Source: an uncultured delta proteobacterium
Lineage (GTDB): Bacteria; Myxococcota; Kuafuiibacteriia; Kuafuiibacteriales; Kuafuiibacteriaceae
Direction: 5' to 3'
NCBI GenBank assembly: GCA_963803435.1
Contig: CAWDML010000001.1
Location: 1,056,001-1,120,000 of the forward strand
DNA: 64,000 nt
This document shows positions 10,039-20,415 of the stretch, piece after piece. Position numbers and translations under genes: made by a program. Under the pieces are notes generated by a model. It searched no databases, was not told the DNA's origin, and saw nothing but the letters and a program-made list of their open reading frames with translations. Numbering within the stretch: position 1 is the first letter of the stretch; the number at the start of each line of letters is the position of its first letter.

Positions 10039-10518
10039 TCACTCCATCGTCACGGTGAGGGATGCGGTCGCTTCGATCTCCGGCCTCAGGAACTCGTGCA
10101 CGTCGTTGTTGAGGCGGACGATCACCGTGTGCTCGCCAGGCATTTCATCTTCGGGGATGCGCGCGCGGGCCGGGCTCTTGGAGGCGCCGTGCTCGCAGTA
10201 ATCGGGGCAGTCGATGAACATCGGGTTCGTCTCGGTGCTGTCGAGGTAGACGTGGAAATGGCCGCCTTCGGGATAGGCACCCTCCTCGCCGGGGCCGACG
10301 TCGTGGGCCGCCCGCAGCGCGAGCCCCTCCTCAATCGTCGGCTCCCGCAGCTCGAAGTTTTCGACCGTCACCGAGACGGTCACGTCGGTCCCCGCCGGCG
10401 CCGACGCGGGCGTGACGGTGAACGACGTGATCACCGGAGGATCGCTGTTCCCGCACGCGGCCGCACCGGTGAGGACCACAACCGCGAGGATCGCTCGCAC
10501 TCCGTAGGCGCGCCGCAT
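10039..10518 (-). CDS. Small lipoprotein with GHxH motif, probable metal (Cu)-binding Ig-like protein
   Basis: Lipobox AAAC; GGHFHVYLD; PGEHTVIVRLNNDVH. Confidence 0.6.
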   Translation of the reverse strand: MRRAYGVRAILAVVVLTGAAACGNSDPPVITSFTVTPASAPAGTDVTVSVTVENFELREPTIEEGLALRAAHDVGPGEEGAYPEGGHFHVYLDSTETNPMFIDCPDYCEHGASKSPARARIPEDEMPGEHTVIVRLNNDVHEFLRPEIEATASLTVTME

Positions 10519-10522
10519 CCTG

Positions 10523-11465
10523 CTACTCGGCGGCGAACACGCGGTTCGTGCTGGGGGTCGCGCTGCCGGAGGTCATGTCGAGGCCGAGGTTCGAGAAGAC
10601 GGTCGGGCAGTCCTCCTCCATCGGCGTGGAGTGACAGGAAGCGCCTGGTCCCATGCCGATGACGTCGTGGGGCGGGTCCGGAATCCCTGATCGGCGCCAC
10701 CAGGTCGAGTCCCTGGAGCAGCGCGCCAAGATCGACCGTGACCCGGTTGGTGGCCGGGTCGAAGTCGTCGAGCGAGACCGAGGGCGTGTAGACGAGGCCG
10801 CACGCGTCGCGATCGGTGAGCGCCTTCGCGCCGTCTCCGCCGCAATCGCGGCTTCCGATGTGCAGATAGCCTTCGCCCGACTCCGCCTGCTCGTTCGTGA
10901 CCGTGAAGTTGAAGACGAAGTGGCGATAGCCGGAGGCCCAGGACCAGTACATCTCGCCGAGCGGAGAAGGCGCGTCCTCCGCCGTCTTCGTCGAGATGAC
11001 GTCCTTCATCAGGCTCTGGGGCAGTCCGACGTCGAAGGCCACACGGCGAACAGTGCCGTCGACCGTACCTTTGATCGACTCGTTCGTGCGGGCCGTCCCC
11101 TCGGCATTGGCGATCGCGGAGGCCCCGCAGGTGCCGGCGTCGCCGGTCAGATCGATCAGCGTGACCGTGCCGGCGTCGCCCACGTACTGGAACTCGTTGG
11201 TGTCGAGCGTGGTGGTGAGCTGGTTACCCGCCGAGTCGTACAGCTTGAGGTTGCTCACGTAGAAGCGGAGATCGGCGATCCCGACCGAGTTGTCGGCGTT
11301 CGTCCCCAGCCCGGTGAGCGCGCTGGTGCAGCCTACCTCGCTGCCTTCAAAGACGGGCGCGAACGAGAGCGCGAACGTCGTCGGCTCGGTGCTCATCTCT
11401 TCCCCGCCGCAGCCGACGATGCCGGCGCCCAGCATCAGAAACACGAGTCGTCGTGGGTTCGTCAT
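10523..11465 (-). CDS. mbnP: MbnP-family copper-binding protein, frameshift near 10685
   Basis: Lipobox IVGC; DLRFYVSN; MYWSWASGYRHF (WxW); HIGSRDC; C-terminal SCHS..DC in frame 10523-10729. Confidence 0.8.
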
Positions 11466-11999
11466 GATGACCTGCACCCTCACCTCGATGCGCCGCCGCT
11501 TTCAAGGGTTGTGGGTGCGTCATATCGTCGCGCGACACTGCGTCATCGATCGCGCCCGCGCGATCGATGGCTACGCCCCGCGACCAACGCCCCACGCCTG
11601 CGTCCATCGTTCATGGTCGGCGATCGTCGGGTAGCCATGTTCCTGCGGATTGTGCCCCACGACGGTTCCATCCCGAGGCCTATATCACCAGGCTCCGTAC
11701 GAAGTCGCGCAGCCTGCCGAGCTCCTTCCCTTCATCTCCTGGCGAAGCGCTTCCAGGCGCGTTGGATCTCGAGCTCGTTCGGCGCGCGCTGTTGCGTCTT
11801 GCCGGCGAGATCGCGAGCTGCCATCTTGTTGGCGATCGCGCCGTACGATCAACGTGCAGAAGCTCTTTCCGGAGCTCGCCCGGATGGCCCTGGCGAAGTA
11901 CGATCTCGGTCAGGGATGAGGATGTCGCTCGACGGTGATCCGAGGGGCTGTAACCGCAGTGTAACGATCGGGAGCCGCCGACCGAACTACGCTTCGCGC

Positions 12000-14039
12000 G
12001 TGCGTTTGGGGAAGTACGCGACCATCGGTCTCGGCATCGTCCTGCTGGCGGCGCCACCGGCGAGCCTCGAGGCCCAGACGATCTGTATCGACCCCGGCCA
12101 CGGAGGCACGGACCCAGGGGCGATCGGCTGCGGTCTTCGCGAGACCGACATCAACCTCGACACGAGCCTTCGGTTGCGCGACCTCCTCGTCTCCGCCGGC
12201 TTCACGGTGCTCATGACCCGCGACACCGATGTCTTCGTCAGTCTCACCGGAAGGGCGAACTACGCCAACGCCCACGGCGCCGATCGGTTCGTGGCGATCC
12301 ACTCCAACTCGGCCGCCAACACGGCCGCCACCGGGATCGAGACCTATTGCGCGCCGGGCGCCGGGAGTCTCACGTTGGATCTCCGCGACAAGATCCAAGC
12401 GGAGATGATCGCGACCTGGCCGCTCGCGAATCGCGGCGGGAAGACGGCCAACTTCACGGTCCTGACCAACACCTCGATGCCTGCCACGCTTACGGAGCTC
12501 GCGTTCGTCGTGAACTGCGGCCTCGACGCGGTCTACCTGGGGAGCCCCGCCGAGCGGCAGCGGGCGGCCGAGGCCCACCTTCGAGCGATCCAACAGCACT
12601 TCGGCATCCAGCCGCCGGCCACGGGAGAGCTTCTCGGCGTCGTGTTCGAGGATCAGGGATCCGGGACGAACGACACCTCCGTCCGGCTTTCCGGCGCCAC
12701 CGTCACCATCGTCGAGACGGGAGATCAGATGGCCTCGAGCGCAGCGAGCGGTTCCTGGTCCTTCCAGCTGCTGGGCGGTTCCTACACCGTCACGGCCGAG
12801 CTCGCCGGCTACCAGTCGGCCCAGCGAAGCTGCGCGGTCCAGGCCGGCGCCAGCCAATGGTGCTCCATCGGACTCTTCCCGGCGGCACCTCCTCCGGACG
12901 CTGGCGTCGTAGACTCGGGTGGACAGGCGCCGGACGCGAGCGCCGAGGACGCGCGCGTCGAGGATGCAGGGATGGATCCTCAGGCGGACGCCAGCGCCAC
13001 CAAGGACGCGGGCATCGAGGCTCCTGACGACGCTGGCGGGCTCGACGGCAGCGAGCCGTCGGCCGACGCCGCGTCCGAGATGCCTCCGCTCGACCCGACC
13101 CAAGAGGGCGGGTGCGGTTGCGCCGCGGTGCCTTCGCACCGGGCGGCTCCCACCGGCCTTCTGCTCCTCCTCGCGGGCTTCTTGCTGCCGCTCCGGCGGC
13201 GGCGCCTCTGCCTGGTCCTCGTTCCGCTGATCCTCGCGGGTCTCGCAACGGCCGCCTCGGCTCAGACCGATGTTCGGATCGTCGCCCCGTGGCTGGAGAT
13301 CCAAGAGGCGCGGGTGCTCCTCGACGAAGGTCCGACCGACGCACCGGTGATCGCGCCGTCGGGGAAGCTCGTGGCCGTCAGCGGTCCCCATCTCACGCCG
13401 CTGTATCTCGTCTCGATCGACAGCGGCGCGGTGAAGGTGATCTCGCTCGGGCGAGGGGCTGGATACCTGCCGGCCTGGACTCCGGACTCCACGGGCATCG
13501 GCCTTCGAAACCCGAAGGACCCCTTCGCCGATCAACCGCTGAAGCTCGTCGATCTCGAGGGCGTCTTCCAGGGTCCGTATCCCACGAACGGCGAGCTCAC
13601 GCCGCTGCAGAAGAACGACGAGGTGTGGCTGCGGACGCCGGACGGAGAGAAGCGCATCTCCGGCGACGGCGATCGCTACTATCAGCCGATTCTCTCCCCG
13701 GACGGCCGCTTCCTCGTCTACAGCGGACTGAGGACCGGCCTGCATCTCTACCGAATCGCGGACGGCCTCCAGGTCCGCCTCGGCCAAGGCGACCATCCGT
13801 CCTTCGCGCCGGGCAGCGACCTCCTCCTCTTCGATCGCACTCGGGACGACGGTTTGCACCTCACCGCCGGAGACCTGTTCGTGACCGATCTGACGCGCTC
13901 GGATCTGCGGACGGCGGCTCTGACCCGCACGCCGGATCGGATCGAGCTGTATCCGTCGGTGTCGGCCGACGGCAGGACGCTGAGCTTCACCGCCGACGGA
14001 GGCCTGTACGTCGCGCAGCTGGTCCGCCGGCGCGAATAA
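12000..14039 (+). CDS. Amidase_3 + carboxypeptidase-regulatory-like domain + internal MYXO-CTERM + TolB-like beta-propeller
   Basis: GTG 12000, signal peptide; IDPGHGGTDPGA, MTRDTD, FVAIHSNS, LTELAF; GGCGC-TM-RRRR; propeller motifs PAWTPD, LSPDGR, PSFAPG, SADGR. Confidence 0.85.
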   Translation: MRLGKYATIGLGIVLLAAPPASLEAQTICIDPGHGGTDPGAIGCGLRETDINLDTSLRLRDLLVSAGFTVLMTRDTDVFVSLTGRANYANAHGADRFVAIHSNSAANTAATGIETYCAPGAGSLTLDLRDKIQAEMIATWPLANRGGKTANFTVLTNTSMPATLTELAFVVNCGLDAVYLGSPAERQRAAEAHLRAIQQHFGIQPPATGELLGVVFEDQGSGTNDTSVRLSGATVTIVETGDQMASSAASGSWSFQLLGGSYTVTAELAGYQSAQRSCAVQAGASQWCSIGLFPAAPPPDAGVVDSGGQAPDASAEDARVEDAGMDPQADASATKDAGIEAPDDAGGLDGSEPSADAASEMPPLDPTQEGGCGCAAVPSHRAAPTGLLLLLAGFLLPLRRRRLCLVLVPLILAGLATAASAQTDVRIVAPWLEIQEARVLLDEGPTDAPVIAPSGKLVAVSGPHLTPLYLVSIDSGAVKVISLGRGAGYLPAWTPDSTGIGLRNPKDPFADQPLKLVDLEGVFQGPYPTNGELTPLQKNDEVWLRTPDGEKRISGDGDRYYQPILSPDGRFLVYSGLRTGLHLYRIADGLQVRLGQGDHPSFAPGSDLLLFDRTRDDGLHLTAGDLFVTDLTRSDLRTAALTRTPDRIELYPSVSADGRTLSFTADGGLYVAQLVRRRE

Positions 14040-14151
14040 CCCAATTCGACACATCTTCGTGCCGACCAGCCTCGGCCCAAGGATCGGGCAGACGGCGGGT
14101 CGCCCGCTTTCGGGTTGGATCTGCGCGAGCAGGCGTCTAGGACGGATCGTC

Positions 14152-15438
14152 ATGCGTTGCTGGGGCACGGTCGCGGCGCTCGCGGGTTCGATCCTGTCCG
14201 CCGCGGCGTGCACGCCGCATCGTCTCCGACCGACCGGTCGCGACGCCGGGCTGGCCGATGTCCTCGAGGTCGATGCCGGCGCGCCCGATGCGGGCGGTGA
14301 CGGGGGCGTGAGCGTCGACGCGTCGGTTCGCGAGACCTACGCCCGCCTCCCGTTTCAGGCTGCAGATCCGGGGATCCTGGTGGAGGTGAGCTTCGCAGGA
14401 GCGCCGCCGGTCTTGATGCGATACGACACCGGCTCGCCGACCACCTACCTCGACGTCGAGTTCGCCCACGGAGTCGGCATCGCGGACAGCGGGATGGTCG
14501 AAGCGAAGATCGGCGACACCACGTTCCCGAGCCGGAACGTCATGCTCCTCGATTGGTTCGAGGCCGACTTCGTCTACACCGGTCTCTCCGGTCCGATCGA
14601 AGGCTTGATCGGCAACGACTTCTTCCACGAGTTCGCCGTTGGCGTCGAGCATCGGGGCCAGCTCCTGTGGCTCACCGAGAGCCCCGCGGAGACGGACCTC
14701 CTCGATCATCCGAGCGACACCGGTCCCCCGATCATCGTGCCCTTCACCGAACCCTCCGGCTATCTGTTGCTCGGATGCAGGTTCGGGGCAGGGTCGGCCG
14801 GCGAGTGCCTCTTCGACTTCGGCGCTGTCTTCGGTCTCACCTTCGAGCGCATCTGGAGCACGGTCCCTCACCCGGATCCGCACCAAGTCCCGGTGTTCAC
14901 CATCGACAACCAGGGTCACGACCTCCGCGGCTACTTTCAGCGGGGCGACCTCGAGGCCGGCGATCTTCGGGTCTCTGGGCGCGCGATCGAGGTGCTCTCC
15001 GAGTTCCCGCTCCTCGATCAGGTGGGAGCCGCCATCGGCCACGAACTGAGCGGGCTGGTCGGGCTCGACTCGACGCTCGGCTCGTTCACCGTCGTCGACT
15101 ACGTGAACCGACGCCTGCTCTTCTTCCCCTACGACGAGCCACCGGAGCGGCCGAACCCTTTCGAAGGCTTCGGCTTCGTCCTCGGTTCCACCTCCGACGG
15201 CGGCCTCCTCGTTCGGGCCGTGGTCCCCTTCAGCGACGCCGAGACGAAGGGCGTCCTCGAGGGGGACGTGATCCGAGCGATCGATGGCGCTCCGCTCGGC
15301 ACGGTCCCGCTCACCTTCACCGGCGCTTCGATCCTCGAGGGCTCGAGCGGCGACGTGAAGACCTTTCGACTGCAGCGGGGCGGCGTCGATGTTGAAGTGG
15401 AGGTGATGGCGGAGGACCTCCTGCCGCCACTGCCGTAG
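14152..15438 (+). CDS. Retropepsin-like aspartyl protease with C-terminal PDZ domain (lipoprotein)
   Basis: RYDTGSP, GLIGNDFF, second lobe LFDFGA / GLVGLD; PDZ GFGFVL...AETKGVLEGDVIRAIDG. Confidence 0.75.
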   Translation: MRCWGTVAALAGSILSAAACTPHRLRPTGRDAGLADVLEVDAGAPDAGGDGGVSVDASVRETYARLPFQAADPGILVEVSFAGAPPVLMRYDTGSPTTYLDVEFAHGVGIADSGMVEAKIGDTTFPSRNVMLLDWFEADFVYTGLSGPIEGLIGNDFFHEFAVGVEHRGQLLWLTESPAETDLLDHPSDTGPPIIVPFTEPSGYLLLGCRFGAGSAGECLFDFGAVFGLTFERIWSTVPHPDPHQVPVFTIDNQGHDLRGYFQRGDLEAGDLRVSGRAIEVLSEFPLLDQVGAAIGHELSGLVGLDSTLGSFTVVDYVNRRLLFFPYDEPPERPNPFEGFGFVLGSTSDGGLLVRAVVPFSDAETKGVLEGDVIRAIDGAPLGTVPLTFTGASILEGSSGDVKTFRLQRGGVDVEVEVMAEDLLPPLP

Positions 15439-15464
15439 CCCACGTGTCGATCCGAGCTCCCTAA

Positions 15465-15529
15465 GAGCCGGTCCGAAAACCTCCGGACCGTTCCGCGTTT
15501 CCTGTTTCGCTCGTTCTGCTCATTCGCTA
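15465..15529 (+). mobile_element. Solo 65-bp left end of the IS5-family element found at 54774
   Basis: Identical to 54774-54838; preceded by TAA. Confidence 0.85.
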
Positions 15530-15863
15530 GCAGCCTCGGCCGCCCGTCCGCCGACGGGACCCTCGCGCTGCCGTTCGTGCTCCTGAACGCGGGCATCGCG
15601 GGTGATATCTATGCTTGCTTCACCGCATCGGCGACCTGTGTGGACGCCACCGGCTGCTGGTCGGCCAAGTTCTTCGATCTCTTCGCCTGTCAGTGAGCTT
15701 CGAGATCCTCGACCGCGCATGTCGAAGCATCCACTCCTGTATCGTGTCGGCGTCAGCGGCTCGGGGTGATCGGGACGATCGGGAGAGCGCACTCGTGGCA
15801 CGGGATTTGCTCTTGCGGCAGAGACATGGCTTTGGCGGGCAGAGCCGAGTCGAGGGAGAGCTC

Positions 15864-16451
15864 ATGGACAAGGTCCTGAAGACAGCCGGCCAGGCACCGG
15901 TCAAGGGCGCCGAACGCTCGGCAGATGCTGAGCTCGTCGAGCGGTTTGCGGCGCAGTTCGATCCGAAGGGACTCCTCCCGATCTCTCCCGACGGGCTCCG
16001 TCGATTCGTGCTCGACGCGGCGAAGGCGCTCGTCGATGCACCGCCCCGACTCGAGGTTGGATCGTACGCGGCGCTGACCAACGCACTGAAGGATGGTCCC
16101 TTCGTCCTGATGGGGCATACGGGATTGGTGATCGCGATCGACGACAGCTCCGTCTACCACCCGCACCCCTCGGCTAAGAAGTTCCAGATCCTCTCCCACG
16201 CGAAGCTGGATTGGACCTCGGTGGAGCAGCGGGCCAAACTCTTCGGCGGCACCGAGGAAGTAACGGAACACTTCGACGCTCGAGCCTACGTCGCCGAGAT
16301 CGACACCTCGGGTCCCGAGTGGCGCCTCACGGTGTACGGTCGATCCTACCTGGAGGAGATCACGCCCCTCGTGCACCGAGCGGCAAAGGCGGCCGGGGCC
16401 ACGCTGTCGGTGCAGCTGGGCTCGGAAGAGCTGCGCTGCGCCAATGGGTAG
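15864..16451 (+). CDS. Hypothetical protein
   Basis: RBS gagggag before ATG; genome-like codon usage. Confidence 0.6.
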   Translation: MDKVLKTAGQAPVKGAERSADAELVERFAAQFDPKGLLPISPDGLRRFVLDAAKALVDAPPRLEVGSYAALTNALKDGPFVLMGHTGLVIAIDDSSVYHPHPSAKKFQILSHAKLDWTSVEQRAKLFGGTEEVTEHFDARAYVAEIDTSGPEWRLTVYGRSYLEEITPLVHRAAKAAGATLSVQLGSEELRCANG

Positions 16452-16467
16452 GCAAAGGAGCCCGACG

Positions 16468-16875
16468 ATGGACGATCCCATCTTGGCACTCTTTCACCGC
16501 TATCCCGATGTCGAGGTGCGACGGTTCCTCCCGATCCTCTTCTTGGCGGCCGGAGAAGCACAGAGCTGGTCCCCCGCCGTGAAGATCTTCATGGAGCGGT
16601 TCGCGCGGTCCCTCGGCGTACAGCCCGACTGGACCGGCGAGCAGTTTCAAGCTGCGGTCGAGGCGTACGTCGAAGAGTCGATCAACCCGCAGCTTCGTTT
16701 GGATCTCGCCGATGCGGTCCGGCAGCTCTCCGCTCGGCCGCTGTCCGATGCGGCGATGCTTCGGTTTCAGAGGTTCGTGGGCAAAGCCACGCCTGCGGAG
16801 GAGCCGGAGAGCAACGCGCCCAAGGTCCCCGCCGGGCCCCTGGCGCAATCCATCTTGCGCAGCATGGGAAGCTAA
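16468..16875 (+). CDS. Hypothetical helical protein
   Basis: RBS aaggag 7 nt before ATG; follows the previous ORF closely. Confidence 0.6.
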   Translation: MDDPILALFHRYPDVEVRRFLPILFLAAGEAQSWSPAVKIFMERFARSLGVQPDWTGEQFQAAVEAYVEESINPQLRLDLADAVRQLSARPLSDAAMLRFQRFVGKATPAEEPESNAPKVPAGPLAQSILRSMGS

Positions 16876-17300
16876 GATCGACGCCGGCCTTCTGGGAGGA
16901 TCGGCTCAAGTGATCCGCTCGAGCAGCACGAACCCCTGCTCAACCGCAGCGGCAACAGACCCTCGCATGAGGGCGTGATCCCGTACTTCGATTCGTGCCA
17001 TCGCCCTCTGTCGCCGCGCCGGCTTCTCCGACGTCCTCCTCCGTGGGTGACACCGACTTCTCATGCACCACAGCGCTGGATCGCTGGACTGACGACAAGG
17101 TCCGTTTCATCCCGGCTTCGACGCTGTCAAACCGCTGGTTTTCTGCGCAGAGACCGCCGCTGGTTGCAATGGAAGTGCGACAAAGAGTGCATAGATGGAG
17201 AGTGGGTATGCAAACGATACTCGAACTGCAAGGAAGCTTGTTGCGAGCCAAACTTGAAAGCGCGCGCCGGACGCCGGGAACGGCTTACCACGGACCGCGC

Positions 17301-17870
17301 ATGGTGCACCTTGTTGCCCTAGCAGTTGGGATTGTCTCCCTGGTGCGCGGGGCTCGTGCGAGCCCCGCGTGCCCAACGTCGACAGCGGCCATCGGCTTTC
17401 ACAATACTAGGGTCCCAAGCGGCGACCTACCGGTCCAAGTGCTGTTCTCAGGCCAGAAAGCTACGATTCATATCGGAGCCGATGACTGCATCGAGCCATC
17501 GTCAAGGACTCTCGTGGAGGGATGCCGCTGCCCACTGTTGAGCGTTGCATCGATGCTTCGCAAGTTAGACTCGGAGGACTCCGAGACGATTGTCGTGGAG
17601 GGCCACGTCGATTCGGCACCGTCGCGTGATGTCGCGATGAAACGGTCGGCGGTGTTGGCCGAGACCGTTCGGGCGTTCCTCGCCCGGCCTCAAGAGCTTG
17701 GTGGCGGTGGTGTGTCCGAGAAGCGCCTGGCAATTGTTGCCTTTGGTGCTGAAAGGCCGAGGCTCCCTTCTCGGACTTCGGCAAACCGGCGCGTGGAGAT
17801 TTCGGTTCCCAAGAAGTTAGCGACGCACCTTCATGTTGCCCAACCGGACGCGAGCGTCACGTATCACTAA
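17301..17870 (+). CDS. OmpA-like peptidoglycan-binding domain protein
   Basis: Signal-like N-terminus; VVEGHVDS, AFGAERP, NRRVEI. Confidence 0.6.
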   Translation: MVHLVALAVGIVSLVRGARASPACPTSTAAIGFHNTRVPSGDLPVQVLFSGQKATIHIGADDCIEPSSRTLVEGCRCPLLSVASMLRKLDSEDSETIVVEGHVDSAPSRDVAMKRSAVLAETVRAFLARPQELGGGGVSEKRLAIVAFGAERPRLPSRTSANRRVEISVPKKLATHLHVAQPDASVTYH

Positions 17871-18006
17871 CCGGGCTGCCGAATAAGGTGCCAGGGAGCA
17901 CCACGGGCCACCGATGAAGGCGGTAAAAACACCGACCTTTGGCTTTGAAGCGAGACCTCTGGAGTTCCTAGGGGCGCAAATCGCCCCACGGAGTCAAGGA
18001 GACGTT

Positions 18007-18366
18007 CTACAGCCGGCCTCGCCATCGGACCTGCCAGAGCACATGGAGCACGCCAAGTAGCCCACAGAGGGCCGCGAGCACGACGAGGCCGAAGGCGTAG
18101 CAGTTCATCGCCTCTGAGATCCCGTTGGCGAGGTTCCTCGCCTTTTCTGAGGGATCCGCGACGGCGACGGTGTCAAAGGCGCGGATGATAGGTGCTACCG
18201 TCATGACGATGTTCGCAACGGCGGCCGTTGCGACAGCGAACGGGAGCGCGCGGAAGACCATTGGCACGTTCGCTCGGCGGGACAGCCAGCGTGCCCAGAA
18301 AAAGACAGCACCCGGGAAGCCGAGACCGACGAGCAGGACGACAACAACGAGGACGGCTTCGCTCAT
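18007..18366 (-). CDS. Small membrane protein with MotA/TolQ/ExbB-like C-terminal helices
   Basis: Three hydrophobic segments; IIRAFDTVA..SEKARNLANGISEAMNCYAFGL. Confidence 0.6.
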   Translation of the reverse strand: MSEAVLVVVVLLVGLGFPGAVFFWARWLSRRANVPMVFRALPFAVATAAVANIVMTVAPIIRAFDTVAVADPSEKARNLANGISEAMNCYAFGLVVLAALCGLLGVLHVLWQVRWRGRL

Positions 18367-18998
18367 GATTCAATCGAGATGATGGTGGTTTATCCGGCGG
18401 CTCATCGACCCGTCGTGTATGCCGCAAGCATCGCCAGCGCCAGCACGGCATGCACGACGAACGACACCGGAGCGGCGCGCCGCATCAGTTTCACGCGGCG
18501 CAGCTCCATGGCCTCAGTCGGGTTCGATCGGTATCGACTCGCCGCGGCGGAGATCCTCTCGGACTCAAAAAGCGACCATCGCCACCAGGAACGGGACCAA
18601 GAACGCGAAACGCCTGAACAAGCGGCCTGGCGTCAGGACCTGGGACGTCGCTCCCGGCTTGGGCTCGGCGGAAGGCATCGATACGGCTTCATGCGCTGAT
18701 GAGTGCAATGTCAACGCCGATTCACGGGCGGCCCGCGGATCTGGTGACGGACCCAACGACGGCGGCTATCCTTCGGTGGTGGCGAGAGACACTCGCATAC
18801 GACCTGACCCCGATGCTCTCGACAGCAACGGTAGGGTCCCCTGTAACCCGCGGGATCGCGAAGCCGCGCACCGCGCCCAAGTAGATGGGATCGCAACGTC
18901 AACCCACGCCCAGATAACCTGTAGGAGGTGCCTCAGGCTCATTCGCGCCTCGGACGAACGGGTCCGTCGCAGGGGCGCGTCTGGGTGAAGGGTCGCCG

Positions 18999-19811
18999 AT
19001 GACGAAGAGGAAGACTGGTCACCCGGATGACGGTCTGCTCGGCCGGCCCTATCTCCGCTCGGTGTCTCTGCTCCGGGAGCAGGTTCCGAACTTCGACCTC
19101 TACCCGTTCTCGATCCCGGCGATTGCGGCTCTGGACGAGCTCGAGTTCCACCCGACGGTGACGTTCCTCGTCGGCGAGAACGGAAGCGGTAAATCGACCC
19201 TCGTCGAAGCGGTCGCTGTCGCCGCCGGCTTCAACGCGGAGGGCGGGTCGAAGAACTTCAACTTCGCAACCCGGCCCTCCGAGTCCGAGCTTCATCAGTA
19301 CATACGACTTGTACGGGGTGTTCGGCGCCCGAAGGACGGCTTCTTCCTCCGGGCGGAGAGTTACTTCAACGTCGGCACCGAGATCGATCGCCTGGGGGTT
19401 GGAGGCGCGTACGGCGGCTCGGTCCACGAGCGGTCGCACGGCGAGTCGTTTCTGGCGCTGGTGACCGAGCGCTTTCGCGGCGAAGGCCTATACGTCCTCG
19501 ACGAGCCGGAGGCCGCACTCTCACCCAGCCGGCAGCTCTCGTTCCTCGCCGTCCTCGACAACCTGGCGCGCCAGCGGAGCTCGCAGTTCATCATCGCCAC
19601 CCACTCGCCCATCATCATGGCCTACCCACACGCCAAGATCGTCCAGCTCGACGGAGACGGGCTCCACTACGTCGAGTACGAGGCGACGGAGCACTACCGC
19701 ATCACGAAAGACTTCCTGAACGCCCGCGAGCTGTTCCTTCAGCGACTGCTGGCGGCGGATGACGAGGCCGAGCACGACCGAGTCAGCGATCCCACTGAGG
19801 AGGCACCGTAG
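18999..19811 (+). CDS. Predicted ATPase (AAA_21/COG3910-like)
   Basis: GENGSGKST, FFLRAESY, SHGESFL, YVLDEPEAALSPSRQ, IATHSP. Confidence 0.9.
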   Translation: MTKRKTGHPDDGLLGRPYLRSVSLLREQVPNFDLYPFSIPAIAALDELEFHPTVTFLVGENGSGKSTLVEAVAVAAGFNAEGGSKNFNFATRPSESELHQYIRLVRGVRRPKDGFFLRAESYFNVGTEIDRLGVGGAYGGSVHERSHGESFLALVTERFRGEGLYVLDEPEAALSPSRQLSFLAVLDNLARQRSSQFIIATHSPIIMAYPHAKIVQLDGDGLHYVEYEATEHYRITKDFLNARELFLQRLLAADDEAEHDRVSDPTEEAP

Positions 19812-19819
19812 GTCGAATC

Positions 19820-20260
19820 GGTTACCGTGAGCCGGGTCCGAGGAGCCGGCCGCGGGACGCGGTCTTTTCGGTGACGCCTTTCCTGAGCACGATCTTCCGG
19901 CCGGCGTTCTTGCCCTCGTGGAAGGTGGCGTCACGCCGGCGGCCCCTCGAAGGACCGATCGCGGTCGCCGTCCTTCACCCAGACGAGGCCCTGCTCCGCA
20001 GGCTGGGCCTTGGCGTCGCGGAGCTTCTCCAGAAGCCGTGCATGACCCCGGGCTGAAACGTGGCGCGGTTACCTCTGGGCTTGCTCGGGTCCTTTCGGTG
20101 GCGCTCCCAGAGCTCGCTGGCGGCGTGGAGGAGGTACTCGAACACGTACTCCGCGATGGCGAGGTTGGCGGGCGTCCCGAGGATCTCCATGGAGGTACCG
20201 TGCCCGCCTTCGTGCGGGAGCAACTGATGTGTCAGGAGCTCGCGACCCTCGCTCCGCGAC
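19820..20260 (-). pseudogene. Degraded SprT-like/DUF2786-associated protein C-terminal fragment
   Basis: EILGTPANLAIAEYVFEYLL, F.PGVMHGF, GKNAGRKIVLRKGV in shifting frames. Confidence 0.45.
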
Positions 20261-20415
20261 CCCTGCTTGGGGAGAGGCGGGCCGGGCTCGGCTCCGCGCC
20301 GTCGGCTCGTGTGATACCGTAGGTGAACCCGTTCGGCGGGTCGCGAACGGGCTGTGCTCGACATCGGGCTCGAATGGGAAAGCGCGTTCAAGCCCAGAAG
20401 TAGCTGGAGTAGTGA

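Noticed and set aside
8861-11465. Methanobactin biosynthetic cluster
   Set aside because: No mbnA precursor or mbnB/mbnC seen; only the MbnP/MbnH pair
10653-11999. N-terminal 449 aa of the 1128-aa ORF
   Set aside because: Largely an antisense shadow of mbnP; signal peptide and promoter-like hexamer place the start at 12000
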